Positions 50,340-55,011 of a DNA stretch of 55,011 nucleotides are shown here, piece after piece. This DNA is from Nemertoderma westbladi (taxonomy: Eukaryota > Animalia > Xenacoelomorpha), in contig JAUCBJ010008434.1 of the NCBI GenBank assembly GCA_032718475.1, positions 1 to 55,011 on the forward strand, given 5' to 3'. The translations under genes and the position numbers were made by a program. How positions within the stretch are numbered: position 1 is the stretch's first letter; each line of letters starts with the position of its first letter. The notes below the pieces were generated by a model. The model did no database searches. It saw only the letters and a program-made list of their open reading frames with translations, and was not told where the DNA came from.

Positions 50340-50897
50340 GTTTCTGAACTCAAATTGAACTGGTTATTGCTTTGGACGCCATTCAAACGTCCAAGAACAT
50401 TAACGGGAAATTAACTGATACCATTAATGAACGTTACTTTTCAGTTGAAACACCAACACCATTTAGGCGTTATTATATGGAGACTAATTTAGAACGTTGA
50501 AATCTGGTACAGTATGTGCGACGTTTATGGAGTGGACATGTTCTCAACGTCCAAAAGCTGTGTGTGAACGTTATGTGCTACTAGGGTTATTTACCTCCCT
50601 CGCTGCGCTCGGTCGTTTAATATCAGATCTCGGGATGATTATATTTCCCTCACAGTACAATAAGTAGTTATTATAATTAACTTTATACTGTAATGAGTTA
50701 GAATATTGACGTTCCAATATTGATGCTAAGGCTGTAAGACTCAGCTCACAGACTTCGAGGCTCGCCCCATATTATTGAACTAGGAATAAAAGAAATACGC
50801 ATATTGCATACCTATACCAATGATAAGATTTAGGCTTACTTAACTGCTATTGTACTTGCTATATACTATATATATATATATAAGATATTGGATATAT

Positions 50898-51917
50898 ATG
50901 GCTCCAGAACGAAGAAAGTCTACAAAGCCATCCCCAGCAAAGGGAATCGATTTGTCGAAGCTATTCAACTGCGACATTTGCTCTGCATTCTTCATTGATA
51001 AAGATGACCTTGAGGCTCACAGTACTGCCTGTCAGACTACCAACAAAAATCTATGTCCTCACTGCTGCAAAAAGGTGGTTGGAAACAACTGCTTGGGCTG
51101 TGACATCTGTGGTATGTGGATTCATGGTGCGTGCCTGAACCTCACCTCCACTGAAATACAAATCCTAGGTAAATGTAAATTCTGTAGAATAATTTGCACT
51201 AAATGTGAAAGCAAAGGAAAACTCTCTATAAAGTCTGATTTGGAACCATCAGTGGAAACACTGGTCACAAATCTACAAAATACTCTAACCAACGAAATCA
51301 GTTCATTTACATCAGCCGTAACGAAAGCCGTGGGTTCAGATATACCCATTGATCCCAGGAATGATGATTGGCAATCTCAATATCGACGGAAGAAACACTC
51401 AACACATCATGTCAATAGCAGTACCATGGATACTTACCTATCTGTTGATGATGTTGGAAGAGAAGTTAGGGAACAACAGAAACGCGAACTGAATATTGTT
51501 GTTTCTGGCCTTCCACTCCCGTCGAATGCGAATAATGATCTGGATACAGTAAATGGCTTTCTATCAAAAGAGTTTGAGCTTGTAAATGGGGACACGAACC
51601 CAGTTGACAAAATTCTGTACCGTCGAGGGTCGAAAGACAACAAACCATCTATGTTTATTGTTAAACTCAATTCATATACTGCCAAGGCAACAATTCTTAA
51701 ATCCAAAAGGAAGTTACGCAATTCTAGTGATCATTCTCATGTGTTTGTCAATCAAGATCTTACCAAATTCCAGGCTAAACAGCAATATATGCGCCGCCTA
51801 GCAAACCGCAACTCTGATAACGGACCAACCCATAATCATGAAGTTTCTGCTCAAAACTCTTCCACCCCGACACCTGTCTTCAGGGACACATCTATACTCC
51901 CACCAAGCCAAATTTGA
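50898..51917 (+). CDS. ORF1 of a CR1/L2-group LINE (C2H2 and PHD fingers)
   Basis: CDIC..HSTAC, PHD CPHC..CDICGMWIHGAC..CTKC, REQQKRELNIVVSGLP, VFVNQDLT. Confidence 0.85.
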   Translation: MAPERRKSTKPSPAKGIDLSKLFNCDICSAFFIDKDDLEAHSTACQTTNKNLCPHCCKKVVGNNCLGCDICGMWIHGACLNLTSTEIQILGKCKFCRIICTKCESKGKLSIKSDLEPSVETLVTNLQNTLTNEISSFTSAVTKAVGSDIPIDPRNDDWQSQYRRKKHSTHHVNSSTMDTYLSVDDVGREVREQQKRELNIVVSGLPLPSNANNDLDTVNGFLSKEFELVNGDTNPVDKILYRRGSKDNKPSMFIVKLNSYTAKATILKSKRKLRNSSDHSHVFVNQDLTKFQAKQQYMRRLANRNSDNGPTHNHEVSAQNSSTPTPVFRDTSILPPSQI

Positions 51918-54410
51918 GACAGTGCTCACTCAGCCGTCGACTATATTGCTAATAATCATAAGGAAAACTCGTATAATTTAAATTCAAATTCCATTGTCAA
52001 ACTTACACCTAAGATATTTTGTATAAATTGTCAGTCAATTAGAAATAAGATAGTTCCTTTACGGTCCTTAGTCTCCCTCTACACTGAGACTCCTCTCATA
52101 ATCTGCCTTACAGAAACTCACCTTCTCCCAGATGAATCGGATGATCTTTTTTCTTGCCCTGAATTGAAGGATTATGATATATTTAGAAGAGACCGCCCCT
52201 CTCTAAATCGTGGTGGTGGAGTAGCAATAATTGTTTCGAAAGTACTAAATGCAACAAGGGTTGAGGAAAATGCACTTGGTGAATCTATCTGGGTTGATTT
52301 AAACGCTTATAAGAAGCCTATCCGCATTGGTGATGTATACATTCCCCATATTACAACCGAAAATATGTTCAGTTTTGCTTCAGACATGAATTTATTCTGC
52401 CCAGTTGAATTCAACAATCCAACTGTTATAGTTGGAGATTTTAATCTCCGTGGTATTGACTGGCAGATATCTAAACATACCAATGAGTGTAGATTCCCGG
52501 CTGCTGCAGATAATCTAATTAATATTACATTGGATAGAGACTTAGCGCAAGTTGTTGATAAACCGACACATGTGGCTGGTGGTATCCTAGATCTGATATT
52601 TTGTAGTGATACCTATTTGATTGGAAATGTAAATGTTGGCAATCGATTTGGCATTGAAGATATCAGAAGTGATCATATGGTTGTCTCTGGGACATTGCCT
52701 CCCTTATCAATTCAAAATATGCACCCTAAAGTACCTGACTGGTCTAAGGCAAACTGGAATAAAATATACGGCATTGCATCGCACATCAAGTGGTCTGATG
52801 TTATCCAACACAGTTTTGACCCTGATACAAACCTTGCGTCTTTGGAATTTATATTGAACTGCATCACTGAGGACTGTGTCCCATTGTGTAATGACAGCAA
52901 GAAGAAAATTATTCCTTCTGTTAAGAAGTTGTTACGCCGTATTCACCGAACAAAGACTAAATTGATGGAATCAACCAACCCTCAAAGAAATTCTGACCTA
53001 GAACATAACCTTTCAAGGTTAAATGCCTCACTAGAATCCATTTATTTGGTAAACAGACAAGTACAGGAAAACCGCATATTGAAGCACAAAAATTCCAGAA
53101 AATTTTGGAAATATGTGAAATCACATCTAGTAAGAGGAAGCACCATCCCTGCAATGAAGAATGATAATGGCGAAACTGTTATCAGTGATCTGGATCGTGC
53201 CAATTTAATAAATGAAACATTCAAATGTGCTTTTTCCACTGACAATGGTAATATCTATAAACCACCTCCTAGACACCCCATGAATGATGTGTTGTCTGAT
53301 ATAAGATTTGATGATACCATTATATATAAACTTTTGTCAAAAATGAAAACAAACAAGTCACCTGGACCTGATAAAATTCCTGCCGTGTTACTACGCAATC
53401 TTTGTACCTGGTTAGCCTCGCCGCTGTCAAAATTATTTCAGCAGTCTTTTGACCTCGGTATTGTCCCGGCTACTTGGCGGCTTGCCCATGTGGTCCCATT
53501 GTATAAAAACAAAGGTTCACGATCTGTTGCCAGTAACTATCGGCCTATATCACTGACGTCCCTTCTAGTAAAACTGATGGAGACGGTTATCAGAAATGAA
53601 ATTTCCAATTACCTGCTTCGTACAAAATTAATAACCTCACAGCAACATGGATTTATACGTAACCGCTCTACATTTACTCAGCTGCGGATTGGACAAAATT
53701 TCGTAACCATGGCATACCTGTGGAGATTATATATACAGATTTTTGTCGTGCTTTCGACAAAGTCTCACATAAAAAACTTATTTGTAAATTGGAATCATAT
53801 GGAATTAAGGGTGATTTACTTAAATGGCTCGGTGCATTTCTTAGTGACAGGATCCAAAGGACTGTTGTTAATGGCATTCTTTCAGATTCTATACGTGTAA
53901 CCAGCTCCGTTCCTCAGGGTAGTGTAATTGCACCATTATTATTCACAATATATATTAACGATATCGGGGACGACATTTCTTCAAATACGATATTTAAACT
54001 CTATGCTGACGACACAAAAATATACTGATAGTAAGAATCTACCCGGTTAAAAAGTACGCATGTGATGGGCTTAGTCCTACAATTGCGCCAATAAAATATA
54101 AGTTATTTTCGGTAAAATAAACTTATCATTCGAGGTTAAGACCCCTAGATCCCTTCCTATAATAAATGTATAACAAAAATATACAGACCACTAAAATCAT
54201 TAGAGGATACAAAAATCTTGCAACAGGATATTAACAAGCTAACTGCTTGGGCTAACACCTGGCAGATGGAATTTAACATAAGAAAATGTTGTGTTTTAAC
54301 TCTGCAATCCGGACGATCACACATTACTAATGATTATTATATGAATGGGCAACGTTTGTCTAATTCTGAGGAGTCCAAAGACCTGGGGATTATAATGTCT
54401 CCAGATCTTC
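51918..54410 (+). mobile_element. ORF2 (APE-RT) of a CR1/L2-group LINE, disrupted
   Basis: ICLTETHL, GDFN, LDLIF, SDH; SPGPDKIP, NYRPISLTS, QHGF, DFCRAFDKVSH, VPQGSVIAPLLF, YADDTK; frameshift near 53690, insertion at 54026-54172, cut by an LTR at 54411. Confidence 0.9.
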
Positions 54411-55011
54411 TGTAAAAGCTTTTGTGGGATAACTGATTCGTTTGCCTTGTTGGCCAGTTCCCCCCCAGTCGCTAAGAATACTCTCAAAGTGATCTACAGC
54501 TAAAAATAGTGCAAGTTACCAGCTTATTGGCTGATTTGCTGTACGCAGGCATCTGGGCTCTGTTTAATCGGCCAACAAGCCTAGGGAGGTTGCGTCATAG
54601 CCTTGTTTTGTATCTCCCAATAGAATTTGAGTTATCCTTGATGTTGACCTATCACAGAGTACTGAACTGAAAATTTCCTATCTCACTGCTCTTTCTCTGT
54701 GTTGAACGGGAGCTTCGTGGAATAAGGGAGTTGGTATCCTCGTATAGAGCAGTAGTCACGAGTTTTTCAAAGCCACGAAAGAACGGCTTTGTAGTGTTTT
54801 ATGCTTTCTGCTTTTTAGCTCAACACTAGGAGGTTTAATTATAAGGACATATATCCTTTAACTGACTGATGATCAAACAAAACTGACCTGGCTGCAATTA
54901 CGCATTTAACTCGCATTTGACGCACCTGACTGATGATCAAACAAAACTGACCTGGCGGCTGACCAAACGCACCTGATGACTGATTGATTGTCTTAACTCA
55001 AAACAACTGGC
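54411..55011 (+). mobile_element. Third, more diverged LTR of the same BEL group (runs off the window)
   Basis: Starts TGTAAAAGCTTTTG; shares AAAGAACGGCTTT and TTAATTATAAGGACATATATCC with the solo LTR. Confidence 0.8.

Larger units (their letters stand above)
46863..50586. mobile_element. EnSpm/CMC-like non-autonomous DNA transposon with nested insertions
   Basis: TIR CCCTAGTAGCACA / TGTGCTACTAGGG, TT on both sides, many subterminal AACGTT/GTTC motifs. Confidence 0.7.

Noticed and set aside
54860-55011. CTGATGA motifs suggesting a hammerhead ribozyme
   Set aside because: No correctly placed GAAA or stems are visible; this is a short direct repeat at the window edge.

Overview
AT-rich, transposon-dense genomic DNA from an invertebrate-type animal (no prokaryotic features, no CRISPR). 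There are seven host genes: EI24 (2 coding exons), a CEBPZOS-like microprotein, a tightly packed co-oriented trio GTF2H5 > C14orf119-like > GON7-like (gaps of 66 and 48 bp, operon-like), OGFOD2 and ARL2. All except EI24 have intronless CDSs. The centre of the window is a 16.6-kb BEL/Pao LTR retrotransposon (16619-33191; near-identical 1142-bp LTRs, AACTA target-site duplication) inserted into an RTE-type LINE. This element is the most unusual object in the window. It has no tRNA-type PBS but an 11-nt exact complement to its own LTR (Tf1-like self-priming geometry), a duplicated long RNA rod with a near-invariant 122-nt core in the leader, a cluster of same-phase consensus splice donors in gag, further structured RNA modules, and an intact 735-aa non-Env extra ORF, although gag-pol is disrupted. 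The rest is nested TEs (Gypsy remnant, RTE, Tc1-like, CR1-like LINE, related LTRs, hAT/MULE/EnSpm-like MITEs, a Helentron-like HINE) and tandem repeats. All family calls come from motif recognition and all RNA structures were paired by eye; no database search or folding program was run.
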